Source: Lama guanicoe (Eukaryota). From it: 64,000 nucleotides of DNA. The stretch is from positions 18,034,711 to 18,098,710 of the forward strand of contig MU054187.1 in assembly GCA_013239625.1 (NCBI GenBank), read 5' to 3'. Made by a program: the position numbers and the translations under genes. The notes beneath the pieces are model-generated. The model was not told the origin of the DNA. It saw only the letters and a list, made by a program, of their open reading frames with translations, and ran no database searches. Shown here piece after piece: positions 24,574-38,930 of this stretch (position 1 is the stretch's first letter; every line of letters begins with the position of its first letter).

Positions 24574-27280
24574 CTGTCTCTGGAATCAGCGTCTACATTC
24601 AACACTTGGCTCCAAAACTTACTAAATGTACAACCTGGAATAAGCTTTCTACTTATTGCTAATTTGAATATTGAATGACTAATAATATCACCCATCAATA
24701 AATCTGCAATATTAACAAATCCTCATCATATACAGACTCCCATATCCTTAAAAACAGGGTGACATCTAAGCGATTTTCAATTTTCATTGCATGGTAAGAA
24801 AAAAAATAGCAAGAATCCAACCAGCCTAAGTGACCCTTAATTCCATTTTCACAGCAAATGGCTTTTAAATAAGCCATGAACTGCCATTTGCTGCTATTGT
24901 TCCATCAGCAGTGAAGCCATGCCTACTGTGCTTCAGTGGCAAATTGAAATCCTCTTATCAAAACTGTACACAGAGAACAGAGAGGTAAACAAGAACAGTT
25001 ACCAATAGATAAAATCGGTAAGAAGACTAATGGAGCCAAAAGCCAACCCATAGACTTTTCTTCTGCCTCTCAGCCCCATCCCCAATATCCCAATGGGAGG
25101 TTTATGCTAATAAAAGAGTGGCACAAATGATTAACATTTTGCTACAGTTTCCAGTTGCCATGGCTTTTTTTTTTCCTTGCCAATAAAACAAAGCATGCAA
25201 AATATATTGATTTGTCTTACTCACAAAATAGGAAGGATTTTGCTGAAGCTGCAGCCAACCTTACTGTACGAAAAAAAAAATTGAGTCAGCTTCATGATTT
25301 GCGCCAGTCAAAAAACAAACTACTGGGAATGCCATATGTGCTTTGGGTGTGTTGGCTGCCTTGCATGTGGAGTTGAGTCGTGCATTAAAATCTAAATCAA
25401 GTATTAACCTCCTGTTTTATGATCAGTTTCTCTCTAAATAGATTCTCTAGGATCTGGGAAGCTGTGGATGCTTGAAAATGATAATAAGCAAAGTGGTTAC
25501 CATATCCATCATAAATTAGCAGGATAAGATGACAACTTTTCAAGTATGCTTTTTTATATATTTAGAACACTGGCAGACTGTTTTGTTGTTAGATTGACAG
25601 AAAATCATGTTCATTCCTAAGAAGAAATATTCCATGATGTTCAAGCACTCATGTGTGTTTAAAATGACTTATTCTGCTAAGTAAATTGAAGAAGTCTGTG
25701 TTAGGTAGTAATTAATAAAGACAATGAAATATTTCCAACCAGCCTGTGATTATTTTGTGCAATTCAGATCCCATTCCTCTCCTTCCCTTCTTTGTTGTTA
25801 CATTATATGATAACATTTTTTTTCACCTGGAAAAAATGTTTCACCTCTAACTGAATATTTTAATGTTTTAGAATTTTGTGAGAATATCCAGGTTTTTTTT
25901 TTTCCTTGTGAGAAAACACTGCAAGGATAAGTTAGATTCAAATGACCAGGAATACATCTAAAGTCATTTTCTACACTATTACTTGGCCAGAATATATTTT
26001 ATTAAATATTTGTTAAAATAAATATTTTAACTGGAACAGAAATTTCTGGAGGCCAGGTTGACTATACCTGTCAGGGAAACCAGGGAGAGCTAGCATCACT
26101 GGGGACAGCTTACGTCTCTGGCTCTCAGTTCCATTTGGCTACAGCCTGCAAAAGGGCATTTGTCTCTGACAGGTCCGCAGGGCATGATAAACGTGCTCCC
26201 ATTGAAAAGCCTGATTGTGGAGAAGTAGTTATAGTAAAGAAGTCTAACAAAGTCAAACAGCTTGGCTAGCGGCTAGTTAGTTTCAGTGGGTTCGAATCCA
26301 GAAATAGTCATCTCAGCCTAGATGTCACTGTTTCGGGAAGATCCTGTATTTCAGTGACTAATGCGTAGTTGTCAGAAACTTGCAATCAGAAATTCCCTTC
26401 TTCAGAGTCAAAAAATACCAAAAGTACCACTGATTTTTCCATAAGGTATAAGGAACCACACCACTACCTCAAAGATAATCATGCATAATACTTTTATGTC
26501 TGAAAATAATTAACAACAATTCCTCTTTATTCTTAGCATCCTTTGATGGCAAAAAAAAAAAAAAAAAAGCTTTAACGGTCATGAAGGTGCTATTGTCTTA
26601 CCATTTTGCCCAAATACATCTGTTCTTTTCTGCATGGGAAACGTAAGAATGGGGAAGAAAGATTGATACACTTGAACCTCTCTTTCCACAAACACACCAC
26701 GATCTGTCCCTGTAACCAGTGTCTGTTGTTACACATGGACGCAAACAGGATAGCCCAGGATTTAGAACACAGAAATGGGATGACTCACACTTGGCATCTT
26801 TCCTCGTGTTCACTGGTAGCTCATCTCCACAATGACTCCCCTTCTTTAGAAGTTCTGTTCTTCTCTGCAGGAGATTCCTGCCCCTCCACTGCCAACTTAC
26901 CGTCCATCAAACACTTCAAACCATAAAAATACCTCTGAATTTTGCTACTTTTCTAAAGGACTATCTTCATTTTCTCTCCTTCCTGTAATTTGGCTTGTAG
27001 TTCCACTTTGCCATTATTTAATCATTTAAAGTATTTTGTTTATTGCTCTAAAAAATTGTACACTTGTGCCAAAGTTGCACTCTAAATAGACTTTACCTGC
27101 TAGAGTCCGGCAGGGCTGGCTATTAAATCCCACACACTAGGTTCATTCATTTATTCAAAATGTATTTACTGAGCACCTACTTTGAGACTGGCTCCAATGC
27201 TGGCAGAGGGGAAATTAGTTTCTTTCACCATAGCAACTTCCATTTCACTTGAAAACTTGTTTTACCAGGCTTGAACTCAC

Positions 27281-27855
27281 TGTGAAACTGGTGGATCTGC
27301 CTTCAAAGAATACCTCAGTGGTACTTTTAGGCAGTTAGATAAGTGTGGGCACCAGACAGATAGGTGGAGGAGAGGGAGGATGGTCTGGAAGTTGGCAGTG
27401 TGCCCTCCTTCAGCATAAAGGGGCAAGAAACTCATCAGAACCCAACAGCTGCAACTACGAGGTAGTGACAAGGACCTAACCGGACATGACCCAGTGCTCC
27501 TTGTAATATAATTATCATTGTGGTTTAGGCTCCCGCCTCCGTGGGTTTTTCTTTGTGCATCATGGGTAAGGACATGCGCAAAAGGGAACAAGCATGACTA
27601 AGCACTCCAGAGGCAAGAGCTGTCATTCCGTCAAGAGACGGCCTCTAACTGAGGGTATAAGAGAAGGGGACAAACAGAGGCCATTACTATCCACCGTTGG
27701 ATCAGCCCGCCTCCCATTCTTGGAGGGGTACTTTCCCTTTGCTAATAAAACCTTTAAAATCTTTCACTACACAACACTTCTATTTCCCATCTAAATTCTT
27801 ATCTTTTGGGTAAGATAAGAACTGGGGTCTTTTCTATTCCCCCTTTGGGGTAACA
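27281..27855 (+). mobile_element. ERV1-type solo LTR
   Basis: TG...GGTAACA termini; TATAA at 27656; AATAAA at 27744; TSD TCAC/GCAC (5' boundary inferred). Confidence 0.75.
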
Positions 27856-28405
27856 GCACCGAGAATAAAGGCAGATGTCTGAAGATATGTAAATAATCTG
27901 CTTTCAATCTTAGCGACACTGGGACTATAACCTTCTCTCTCATTAGGCTGAATATACATTCTCTGCCTTTCAGTTATCAAACAGAAGTTTTATATTCACC
28001 TTTAAACTCTTAGGGACCATTTAAACCAATCTCAGGAGAAGATTCAGATGGTTATAGCATTTTGTGGCAGACATCTTGGTCTCCCGGGCCCTTGTGGCCA
28101 TCTTAGGTAATTTGGTTTCAGAGTGACAGGGATTCATGATGCACAATGGGTTTTTGTTATTGTTGTTTTGGGTTTTTTTTTGACATTTATCTTTGAAAAA
28201 GAACCTTATCTAATAGATGAAGGACAAGATCTATCAAAGAAACAGCTGCATCAAAGAATTTAGGGAGTTCATAAACTGGGTAAAAATACTGGAACCCCTT
28301 TCTTATATAATCTTCTATAAGCCTCATTCTTCTCAGCCTCATTCTTTGAGTGAAATTTCTTTCTTCTTATTCAATTTAAAACCCTCTTATTAGTGATCAG
28401 CCTGT

Positions 28406-28962
28406 TGTTGGGGCCCAGAGCAGGCTGCCCCAAAATGTGCCTCAGTGACGTATCGACTATTTTAAATTCAAGTTACTTGAGAAACAGCCAATGATATGGG
28501 AAATGATATAATAAAATAACAAAAAACAAAAAAAACCCCCAAAAACACTGTGACCTTCCTCCTTCTTCTAGAAAGTGGGAAATAAATCTCTGACGTGAAG
28601 TTATCCTCCCTATGCCAGGAGGCTAGAAAGCATCCTTCTCACCAGAGGGAGAGGATTCAAGGCTAAGAAAGCTGTGTGAACAAACTCTGCTACTTCTTTA
28701 TGAGTCTGCTCCTCCAGGAACAAGCTCCTTTGGTAAACCTTCACAAATAATTGTTTTTTTGTCTAAAAATGATATATAACCAACTGCTTTGGTCACTTTG
28801 GGAGTTCCATTTCTATGAGACCTGTGTGTATACAAACTAAATTGTTTTTTTTTCCCTATTGTTAGGGAATAACATCTTGCATCAACTTACTTATTAAACT
28901 AATTACTAGGCCAGCAAAAAGATCTCAAGAGGGTTAGGGGGTAAATTGCCCTCTTCCTGACA
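28406..28962 (+). mobile_element. ERV1 solo LTR (MER34-like)
   Basis: TGTTGGGGCCCAG...CCCCAAAATGTG start; CTTCCTGACA end; perfect TSD CTGT. Confidence 0.88.
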
Positions 28963-31900
28963 CTGTTCACTTCAAATCCTAATCTTAATCAATGCAGTCC
29001 TTTAGGGTTGGAGAGTCAATGCAGAGACTTCTCTGGTTCATGGAATCTTAGATTTATAATCTCATTATATCCAACAGCATCTCATGACAATGGACTACAT
29101 ATGCCTTTCCAAATCTGACTCAAAGACACATCTCTTCACAGAGGTTTTTAGGCTTTTTTTAGTGTCTTCTCTGATCTTTCTGTTCTGTTATCCTTCAATC
29201 ACCAAAAAAAAAAAAAACAAAAAACAACAACAACAACAACAAAACCCCTGCATTTTCATATACACGACAGGAGAGAAAGTTTTTGGTCTTTGCTTTCCAT
29301 ATTCATCTGTTCCTTCCAACATCTGAAGCCTACCTCACAGAAAATCAAATCATGGGCTCCAATCATACCAGAACTTCCAGTGTCTCCAACAGCATGTTCT
29401 GGAGATTTCAAGTTGCTTGATAACATTAGGTTAAGAACTTGGAATAATGTTTATTTGTTTCTTCTCTTTCTGTCTTTATGTCAAAGTTAACAAAAATGTG
29501 ATTTTTAAACTTTCAAAATACCTTACACTTGTTACATCTCCTCTTCATTCCCAGCTGGACAGCCCTCCATGCCCTGAGCCTGTGTTACCTGAGCTCCCAC
29601 TTGGTCTTCTTTCCTCAAGCTTTTCCTGCATCCATTTCACCTGTTTATGAATTGATACCAAACCAAACCTTCTAGACTGTCACATTCCATACTTTTCTGT
29701 TAAGACAAAAATTACTTTCTTCTCCATCAATTTCAAATCTCTTTGCTTAGTTTGGAAGTCCACCATAATCTGTCCCCGTCTTTGTCACAACACACACACA
29801 CACCTTTCTTTACCAGTATTTCCCTATTATATGTTATTTTTCATCCTAGATTTCTTCTTTACTTCAAATAGATGATATTTATTAGTATATTTATATATAT
29901 ATCCATATTTTTCACTTTGTTTCCTCTATTCTCTAAGCCTTCTGCTTAAACATTATTCTCATTCTTCTACTCCCTTAATATCCAGCTCCCCTATGAAGAC
30001 TTTTTCTAACTACCTCAGTCCACACTATTCTCTCTCTTTTCTGTAGCAAGTGTTAGTAGCATATAAGTTAGTATTTAATTATTCTCTAATTGTATCATAT
30101 GGATTAAATGTATGTTCCTTGGTTTGATTGAGAGATCCTAGATTTATTCATTCAACACTTGTTGCCAAGCACTTTTCAGGCATTGTACAAGGCATGAAGA
30201 TAGCATTTCCTGAAGGAATACTAGCTGAGAAGACACGTACAAAGCAGGCTACCCTAGCCCGTTGATACATAGGAGGCATTGCTAATTCATCTCAGCACCC
30301 TTTCTTACTGAGCTTGAAGTTGGCTTCAGAAGCCACAAACCAGCAATTATCAATCAATTGGCTTAAGGAACACGTTGAAATCTATTTGATATGCCTGACC
30401 TATAATCTAAATGAAAGTGTGTTCGCTGTGCGTGTGTGGGTAAAAATCAATCTCAATTCAGTTCTCTAAAGAGTGGGAACAGATTCTTATTTCTGAATTG
30501 TATAAGCAATATAATACCAGGAGAATTTCAATAGAGATGTGGGACTCACTTGTTAACATGGAAAACAAATATTATTTAATATTCAGGCCTCACAAACATT
30601 GTCTACAGCAAACTATGATTTACTCACATAGAGAATATAATCAAGTCCAATAGTCCCATATTGATTTATTTCTTCAGCCACACTCAGAGATACAGAGCGG
30701 CGTACTTAGCAGCAGAATCTTCAGACACAAAGAACATCAATTCTTATGCATGCCTACATGCTGACTAGGAATCTTTTAGAATTTTCCACAGTGCCTGAGT
30801 CAATAGATTGCATATACAATAGAGAACCCTAAGTGCATCCTTTCATAAAATGTCTTGGCAAATGCTGCAGATGCTGGAGACCCAGAAACGGAACCACAAA
30901 GCACAGAAGTGTCTATTACAGCATGATTAACTAGTAGAAGCAGTCGCTAGTTTGCTTCCCAAACAGCAACCTTATGAAAGTGGTTGGTATGAACATATGC
31001 ATTTGCATTATGGGTGAAGTTAAGAGAAAGCATGAAGGCAAAAAAGGGAGAAGGGAGGACACTGGCACTGGCTGTGTATTAGGAGAAAAGAACTAATTGG
31101 TGACAGTATTTTGGAAGACACTCTAGTACACAGATTCAAGAAGGTTCTATTTTAGCATGGCCATAACAATTAGTAGGCGGTTATGAGGGAAATATACATT
31201 GAAATAGCTGCTACTAGACATGCCTTTCTCTATAAATATCTCGAATGATTTAAATGACAGAAATCTTTGTTATTAAAAGGTTAATAAAAGAGAAGCACAT
31301 GCTTAGCTAGATTTAGGTCTGCAAGCTGTTCTTTAGGCTTCAAAAGGAAAATAATTTCCATTACTCACAAGCCTTCTGATTGTTCTCAGCCTTCTCATCA
31401 GCTTGGACAGACTCATTGCTCTACTTTTAGCTGCAGCATCGTCGGCCATGGAAAGTGGATACTGCAGTGCCAAAGGGAAATATTCAGCCTTCTTTATCTT
31501 TTATTTAAATTTGATGGGAATATCTTGTCTTCCAGATTTTTGGTACAATTCCCAATTTTTATGACTTGCACAGGCTTAGATACAGTCTCTCTCAGAATAA
31601 AAATTCTGTTGTTTTTAGCTGGATATGTGATCAAATCTAATGGACCCACAGATTTATCATAACTCTTGATTGGCCCATATGTATCCCCATAGATCCAGGA
31701 AAGTGCTTTGCACCAGTAGGAACTTAACATAAATCTGTGAGAGATGAAAGTAGATAGTCACTTGCTTTTTATTGTTTTGCTTTAAAATTAACACATAAAA
31801 ATAAAGCATTCAACTTTATCATTAAAATAAACAATATTAGTTATCCATAAGAGCCCAGCCTCCTTCTGGAACCCTTCAGACATCCAATTAGTTATACCTT

Positions 31901-32993
31901 GTCGCACTTACAAAGACTACTTATTCATCACAAATATATAGATCAATAAATTAAAATTACTTGAATTAATTTTTTTCTCCATCCAGGTATTTTTGTGCTG
32001 TCAAAAAGATGGGATGGAAACGAAGAAGAGCCTCAAAAGTTACAACCAGAGGCAATTTTAGTATCTCAGAATTTTTTCCTCCCTTGGTGTAGTACAAACT
32101 GACCTACTTTGAAGCACTTGGAACATCAAAATGCTACTGCAATGTTCAAACCAAGAGGCTGGATGAAACTAAGTGATTGAAGCACTTCATAATTGATGTA
32201 ACTCACATGGTTCCAGCCCTGCCCTAGTTTCAGCTTTTAGCTTCTCTGCCATTTTTTGTTTTTTCTTCATTGAGAACCTTCTAGGATAAAGGGAACAGAA
32301 CTCTATAGGTAAAGGCAGGGGGATTACAAACTAATGGGAAAATGAAGCAAATTAATAGTACTGGTTTTGAATCTTCTTCATATTTTAATATTTGGAGACA
32401 AAATAAGTTATTTTGAATTTTTACTTTCAACAGGAAAATGCTTAGCAACTTAGATTAAAGCAGTAAAACCAATGGAACTCACCTGAGGTCACCCATCACA
32501 TCCCAGGTATCAAAGCTTAGGAGGAAGGCTGGTGTAACTCTGACTTTTGTATAACTGAATTGAATTTGATTTGAAATTAAAAAATAAAATGAACAGAAGA
32601 ATGTTCATTTTTTAAAGAGTGTTTACGAATTAAAAAGTATAAATAGTACATGCTAGGGCTACTAGTAGGTACAGTTGGAATCCATCCTTTCCAAAACCTT
32701 GCTATGACATCCGTACTGCAACAAAGCTTGAATGAACACCCCTCCTAGACCCTGCCAACCTCTCTAATCCTAGCAGCCTGGAGGAAGTATCTCCCTACCC
32801 TTCAGTGTTCTCAAAAATACTCCTCCCTCTCCATTTCTCTTGCTATCTTAGGACACCAGCACAAATTGATCAGTACATGTGAGCTTTAGTCTTTGCAAAA
32901 GCACCTAAAATACAGAAAGACAAAAGGTCAGCCAATGTGCTTTGTTATACTCAGTCATGACCATGAAGGAAAAATAAGAAAGTATCACTACAT

Positions 32994-33162
32994 GGGGATG
33001 GGTATAGCTCCAGTGGTAGAGCACATGCTTAGAAGGCATGAGGTCCTGGGTTCAATCCCCAGTACCTCCTCTAAAAATAAATAAACCTAATTACCCTCCC
33101 CTCACCCCATCAAAGTAAAAAATAATTAAATAATGCAATAATAATTTTTTTAATTAAAAAAA
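32994..33162 (+). mobile_element. tRNA-Ala-derived SINE (Vic-1-like)
   Basis: A and B boxes, AAACCTAATTACC tail, A-rich end; TSD AAGAAAGTATCAC / AAGAAAGTAGCAC. Confidence 0.92.
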
Positions 33163-33826
33163 AAGAAAGTAGCACAAGTAAAAGCCTCAATACATTAACT
33201 TTATCAAAATATTAAGTGCTCTCTTCCCCACCTACAAAGTGGAAGTTTTATCAGCTTTGTACAATTTACTTTTCTCCCTTTGTGGCTAAAACCTGCACCC
33301 TCTAGCCCTTGTTAGTGATTTGAAATCGATGAAATCTTTCTTAATTCTCACTAGGACTCTTAGACCCACATAAGAGGCCCCTTGCTTTAGAGGATGAATC
33401 ATCACAAAGATACAAAATTAAATTATTACAAAATGCATAGACTTGTCACTAGGATCTGGTGTGCAATGCTGACATACTGTGACCCTGACACCCAAAATCA
33501 CTGCCTTGACTCACACCAGTCAGGCCCAGGAAAGTGCCGGTTCACCTCTTGCCCTGTGCTCTTAAACAAACGTGCCCCTATATGAATATTCTGAGGCTTT
33601 TGTTTTGTCCCACTGTCAATGCTAGAAATAGACACAGAGAAGATTTGAATATTAGAAGGTCTTAGATAAGAGGAAAAACATTGACAAATTCTTCCTTTTA
33701 CAAGGCACGAATCCCAGGATGCAGAGCATCCCCTTTCTTCCTTTCATTTGTATTTCAATTCACAGTTCCAAAGATATCTGGGAATTAGCAGAGTCTTTGC
33801 AATAGTTGAACAATCTGACCTGGAAA

Positions 33827-34419
33827 TGAAACTGAGCATGACCCTGGGAGGGTGGTACAAAAGCCTTTCTGTGTCCCCTGTTTCTTATTTGCAGGAAAAG
33901 TCTTCAGCCTCCTAGACCTTCCCTGAATTCCAAAGGGCAGATTCAAATAGTTACTAATTAGGGATGTGCGGCAGTGCAGAAACTGAGGAAAAGCAGTCAA
34001 GAAACAGCAGTTCAGGGTCCTTGTTCATCCTGGCGGGGTGGGCATAACAATCTGGGAACATATCTCTGAGTTCCTCTACTGGAGCCCCACCCAGGTGGAG
34101 GATGGTAACTTCAGGCTGAGCACAAACATGGACCCCGGACTGGTCAGAATCAGAGGCTGATAACAGATTCCTGGAACACCATCCAGCTACCTCACTACCA
34201 ACCAATCAGAAGAAAGTCACACACCTTGCAGCCCTCCCCCCAAAATCTGCCTTTAAAGCTTTTCCCTGAAACCCATCAGGGAGTTCAGGTTTTTTGAGTG
34301 CAAGCCCCCTGTTCTCCTCGTTTGGCCCTTGTAGTAAATCTTTCTCTGCTCCAAACTCTGATGTTTCAGGTTGTTTGTCTTCACTGTGCATTGGGCACCA
34401 GAACTTGGGTTCAACAACA
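33827..34419 (+). mobile_element. ERV1 solo LTR (cetartiodactyl-type)
   Basis: TGAAACTGAGCA...TTCAACAACA; AGTAAA signal; perfect TSD GAAA. Confidence 0.88.
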
Positions 34420-34465
34420 GAAACATTTTCAAAATCACTGTATAGTCCTCTTAAATTTATAATTA

Positions 34466-34806
34466 TAGTCATCCCTCAGTATCCACAGGGGATTGGTTAC
34501 AGGACACTGGTGGATACCAAAATCCATGGATGCTCATGTCCCTCATATAAAATGGTGTGATATTTGCATATAACCTATATACACAGCCTCCAGTATACTT
34601 CAGATCATCTCTAGATTACTTATAATACCTAACACGATGTAAATGCTATGTAAATAGTTGTAAATACAATGTAAATTGTTGCCAACGTGGAGCAAATTCA
34701 AGTTTTGCTTTGTGGAACTTTCTGGAATTTTTTTTGCATGTGCATTTTTGACCTGAGGTTGGTTGAATCCAAGGATGTTGAACCTGCAGATATGGAGGGC
34801 CAACTG
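34466..34806 (+). mobile_element. MER2-like TcMar-Tigger MITE
   Basis: Terminal inverted repeats AGTCATCCCTCAGTATCC / GATATGGAGGGCCAACTG; TA on both flanks. Confidence 0.9.
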
Positions 34807-35034
34807 TATATATATTTATAACATTTATATATATATACATAACATAAAGAAAGCCTGACATTTGTCTTTACGTTAGCAATGATGTTGGATTTTAAAAACT
34901 AAAATTATGAGTACCATTTTGGTAAAAAAAATTCAATAAGAATTAATAAATTTTTCAAAAAATTAATTTATATTCAAATGAATTTTAAATTGGTATTTAT
35001 TAATGGTAAATTATATTATTTTTGTTTTTACATT

Positions 35035-35086
35035 AATTTCTTCTCAAATATCCAAACAGAAAATTTTGGATATTTGAGAAGAAATT
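35035..35086. repeat. Perfect 22-bp inverted repeat with 8-nt spacer
   Basis: AATTTCTTCTCAAATATCCAAA-cagaaaat-TTTGGATATTTGAGAAGAAATT. Confidence 0.95.
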
Positions 35087-35704
35087 GACTTAAATATATA
35101 TGAATATTATTGTATTCTTTAGATTCACCTTAATTTTTTAATATATTATATTCAAAGTTTATATGCTTTGAACAAAGTTGGATTCTTTTATATCATCACT
35201 GTCAAAAGAATATAAGTATCTAAAAGAATCTATTGTAAAACCATCATCAGACAAGAAAAAAGAAATAAATACAGAGTAATTTATAGATCATGGGTGTCAT
35301 TGTTAATTCTCTTTTAAACATTATAGGTCTATTAACAGAATACCTAGATTAGGACAATAAAAATTAAATTCAATTAGAATTCATATCTTGCCTGTTTTTC
35401 ATCTTATAAAACCATAGCTTTTCATATTTTTTTATTTTTTTGTTATGAAAGTATATGTTTCAATGAGCAGCTAAAACCTACTTTAACACTGGTGGCTTGA
35501 TGCACAGCTTTCAAACATTTAAACACTTTATATGTGGGTCTCTATTTGTTTTCAAGTTCTGGGACTCTCAAATATTAGAAACAGGCCTGGGGACTAGAAT
35601 CGTAAAAGAATGTGAACAGATCCATTTTCCCTGATGCTGACCTTTAAAAACAGCCAGCAGACCTAAACATGATTGATTTCCTGTCCTCAAAAGGGACCTA
35701 TCGG

Positions 35705-36444
35705 TGTAACAGGTAAATTTCCAGGCCTTCTCTCACTCTGTTTCCTGTCTGCTTCATTAAAATTCCATCTCTGTTCTGTTGTTAACTCTTGGTTCTCTGA
35801 CCCCATCCTAAGTCCCTGCCTCCGGCTCGTAAATGAACTCCGCTGTGTTTGGTCGTTAGCTTTTTGCAGCATAGACCTTACTGTTGGCTTTTCTTTTTTT
35901 TCAGTAACCCGAGCGCCTGACTTGAGCTTTGACTGTTGTGGCCTGCATCCCCAAGAGGCAGCCCCTTCACTTCATCATGACCATCTTGAATAAGCAGAGT
36001 GCCAGCCACAGGGTAGCCAGATAAACAGCCAGGCCACGCGCACACACTTCCCATCAGTTTCCTTTGTTTTGAGAGACCCTGGTCGATTTCAGTAACTGAC
36101 CATTGGGCCTCTTATTTTTTCCCTTCTCAGGCTTTAAGTTCTCCCTTCTTGTGTTTTAGATTCATCTATACAAAGTAAGCCCACAAAACCTTAGGAATGG
36201 AGTCTCAACCTCAGTAAAAGCAGAATCCCAGGTCTGTGCTTTCTCTTTCTTTCTAACTGTGACCCTACTGTGTGCCCCCACATGTGCCGTGTAATTTCCA
36301 GGATTGTAAATAACAATCTTTTTTGTATTTTGCCAAACTTTCCTGATGGTTATTACCAAGGACAACTTGCAATAATAATAAAAGTCACGAGAGCCGGTTC
36401 AGCCACAGCGTTGGTCATTGATAGGCTAAGACCAGCGCAAAACA
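35705..36444 (+). mobile_element. Probable ERVL-class solo LTR (MER73/74-like)
   Basis: TGTAAC...AAAACA; GTAAAAGCAGAATCCC...GTGCCGTGTAATTTCCAGGATTGTAAATAAC; no clear TSD, so 5' end uncertain. Confidence 0.6.
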
Positions 36445-37089
36445 CTTTGATTTGATTCATCCCTTTAATTGCCAGCTTCCCTGATGGCTTGGGTAGTGAG
36501 GGTCAGTTCTGGCCACTTGAGAGCCTGCTCTTATCCTTGGAGACTAAGGGGGCACCTGGCAGAATAGCTCAGATCTCCATGTAGGTGGAGGGTCAGATGG
36601 ATTAAAACCAACCCATTATCACCATGGAAGCAAAAGAAAGGAAATAACCTTATCATAGAAAGAAAGAAATTTTTTTCTTTCTATATAAAAATTCCACATG
36701 TGAAAATGCTACCTAAAATTCTATATATGTCATCTACACTTAACAAATGTGTATGTCCCCCCGTGAAACCTCATTTCTTTACTCAAATTAAAGGACGTCC
36801 CTATCTCTGAAATAGACATGCTAAATATTATCTGTCATATATATTTCTGTACCCTGTCTTATTAAATTTTAATGTTTGATTGCTCAGTGAAATAACATAG
36901 AATAAATCAGTGAAAGTAAGTATCAACATCTAAAATACCATGTCTTGTGTATATTATCTGTCACCTCAGCATTACTTTCTGCACTTTAGAGAAATAACAG
37001 ATAATTCAATTACCAAACTACACATGAGAAAAACAAGACAGCAACTAAATATCACAAATATCACATTTTCTTGGTGAACACTTGTCCTT

Positions 37090-37661
37090 TTGGCTGTTCC
37101 GAATGCAATCATCTCACTATTGGCACCCAAATTCCTTTTGTGTGCGGTCTTGGTCAGTTAGTGTGATTCTGATGCTACAGAATCCCCTGGCTACACACTC
37201 CCGGAACCTCCTACCATCATGTCACCAAGGGTGGCCCAAGCTCATCTGACACTATGGTATTAGATGGAGTTTTGGTCTTGAGCTAGAGATGAAAGGGTTT
37301 GTGACGAGATCTGATATCCAGCAGGTGTGCACCAGTATGACCCTATTAGGTTTTTAGCTAGAGACCAATCTCATGATTTGGTGCCTATGCTGTATAAAGG
37401 TCTGTGTATTTTGAAAGTCATCCACCTCTGGTTAGAGAATTCTTTGCAGGAATAGGGACGCATGCTGCCAAACTACGCCAGATGCCTAGTGTGTTTTTCC
37501 TGCTTCTTTGTTTCCAGAAGTCCCCTGGCTCTGTCTGTTTTTTAAGCCTTGTCATGTATAACTTACCATCTATCTTTCCACTTGTCCTGTGGGCATTCCA
37601 TTCCATTCTGCCTGAGGCAGGATTGGTATCCTTTGCTCGCAACCAGTATCTTTAATCTATA
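37090..37661 (+). mobile_element. Old MaLR LTR relic
   Basis: Ends TTTGCTCGCAACCAGTATCTTTAATCTATAC like MLT1J/K termini. Confidence 0.45.
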
Positions 37662-38818
37662 CTTTGGCCTCTTGAGAAATAATGTTTAGAAAATTGTATA
37701 ATAAACAATTTAAGTTGATTTACATTCAATAATTACCTAGAACACCCAAGATTTTTACATAAATTTATATTATAACCTATATTAAAAAATGATCCCAAGA
37801 AATAATTTTAATAAATAATAATGGAATGCACATACTTGGAGCATTTCAGAGTGCTTTTGTAGCTCTTAATTTCTTTCAAAATGGCTACAAGCAAGTGAGA
37901 TCAGAAGGTCAGAAAATGTTATCCCAATTTTATGTACAAACACGGTGAGATTGAGAACCAGAGAGTCTGAAAGTCTTGTTCTGCCACAGAGATAGTTAGG
38001 CATAGGCCTGGGGCTAGCACCCAGCCCCTAGACCATTGAGAATTTTGAAAAGGAAATATATAGGTTTAATTCTCTACATGCAGCCTATAAAGCACGAGCA
38101 ATATTATCACCTACTGTCTTGTGGAAGTAAGGTGAGCAGGCTTCCTATATCTTGGCATTATTATATGATTGCTTAGGGTGTATAGTGTCCTGGACTGCAA
38201 GTGGTCACCCTACAATAATGTTCCCATTTCCCATAGATTCACTGGATCATTTGTTAGAGAATTTCAAATATCAAGCATTTTATATATTTAGCTATATAAC
38301 CAGAAACTTGTGTTCAAATGAAACTTTAGATACAAGCTCACTATGTAAACAGAGAAACCCTGATGCTCTTATTGAAACAGTTTGTAGTCCACAGCCCTCC
38401 CATCCCCATGCTTAAGGCTCCTCTATAACCCAGGTCTCTGAGAAAGGAGTCCAAACACTGTTAATCTAGCCCTGTCCCCTGTTTTAGAGTGAAAATATCC
38501 GAGCATGGATAAATTGGGTGGTTTTTTTTCAAGCCCAGACTTACATAAGGAATTCTACAGAGGACCTGGAGCCCTGACCTCTGACAGGTGTTCTTTCTTT
38601 CCTTCTTTCTTTTTTTTTTTTTTCAAATTCAGGGGAACACCTGTATTTCCACATTATTCTTCAAAACTCTCCCTCAAAGGAAGATCCTGCTCAGTGTCTG
38701 TGCAGATGGGCCTGAGAGCCACTGTAGGTACCCAAGTTGTATGGTCCTCAATGGACTGTGTGTGCTTCTGGAGGGAGGCGCCCCTGCTCTCCAACACATC
38801 TCTATTCCCCATGGCTAG

Positions 38819-38930
38819 ACAGGCCACATAACTTACCTTCCAAAAGAGAACACTTTTGAGAGCGAAAGGGAGGCCATTTGTAATTATAACTGGAAAGCAA
38901 GCCAGGCAAAGTAAGATGGATGATTACTCT
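38819..38930 (+). mobile_element. MER94-like relic
   Basis: ACACTTTTGAGAGCGAAAGGGAGGC...TAATTA. Confidence 0.6.

Noticed and set aside
26265..26305. tRNA-Ile/MamSINE-like head (GGCTAGTTAGTTTCAGTGGGTTCGAATCC)
   Set aside because: Too short and degenerate to support.
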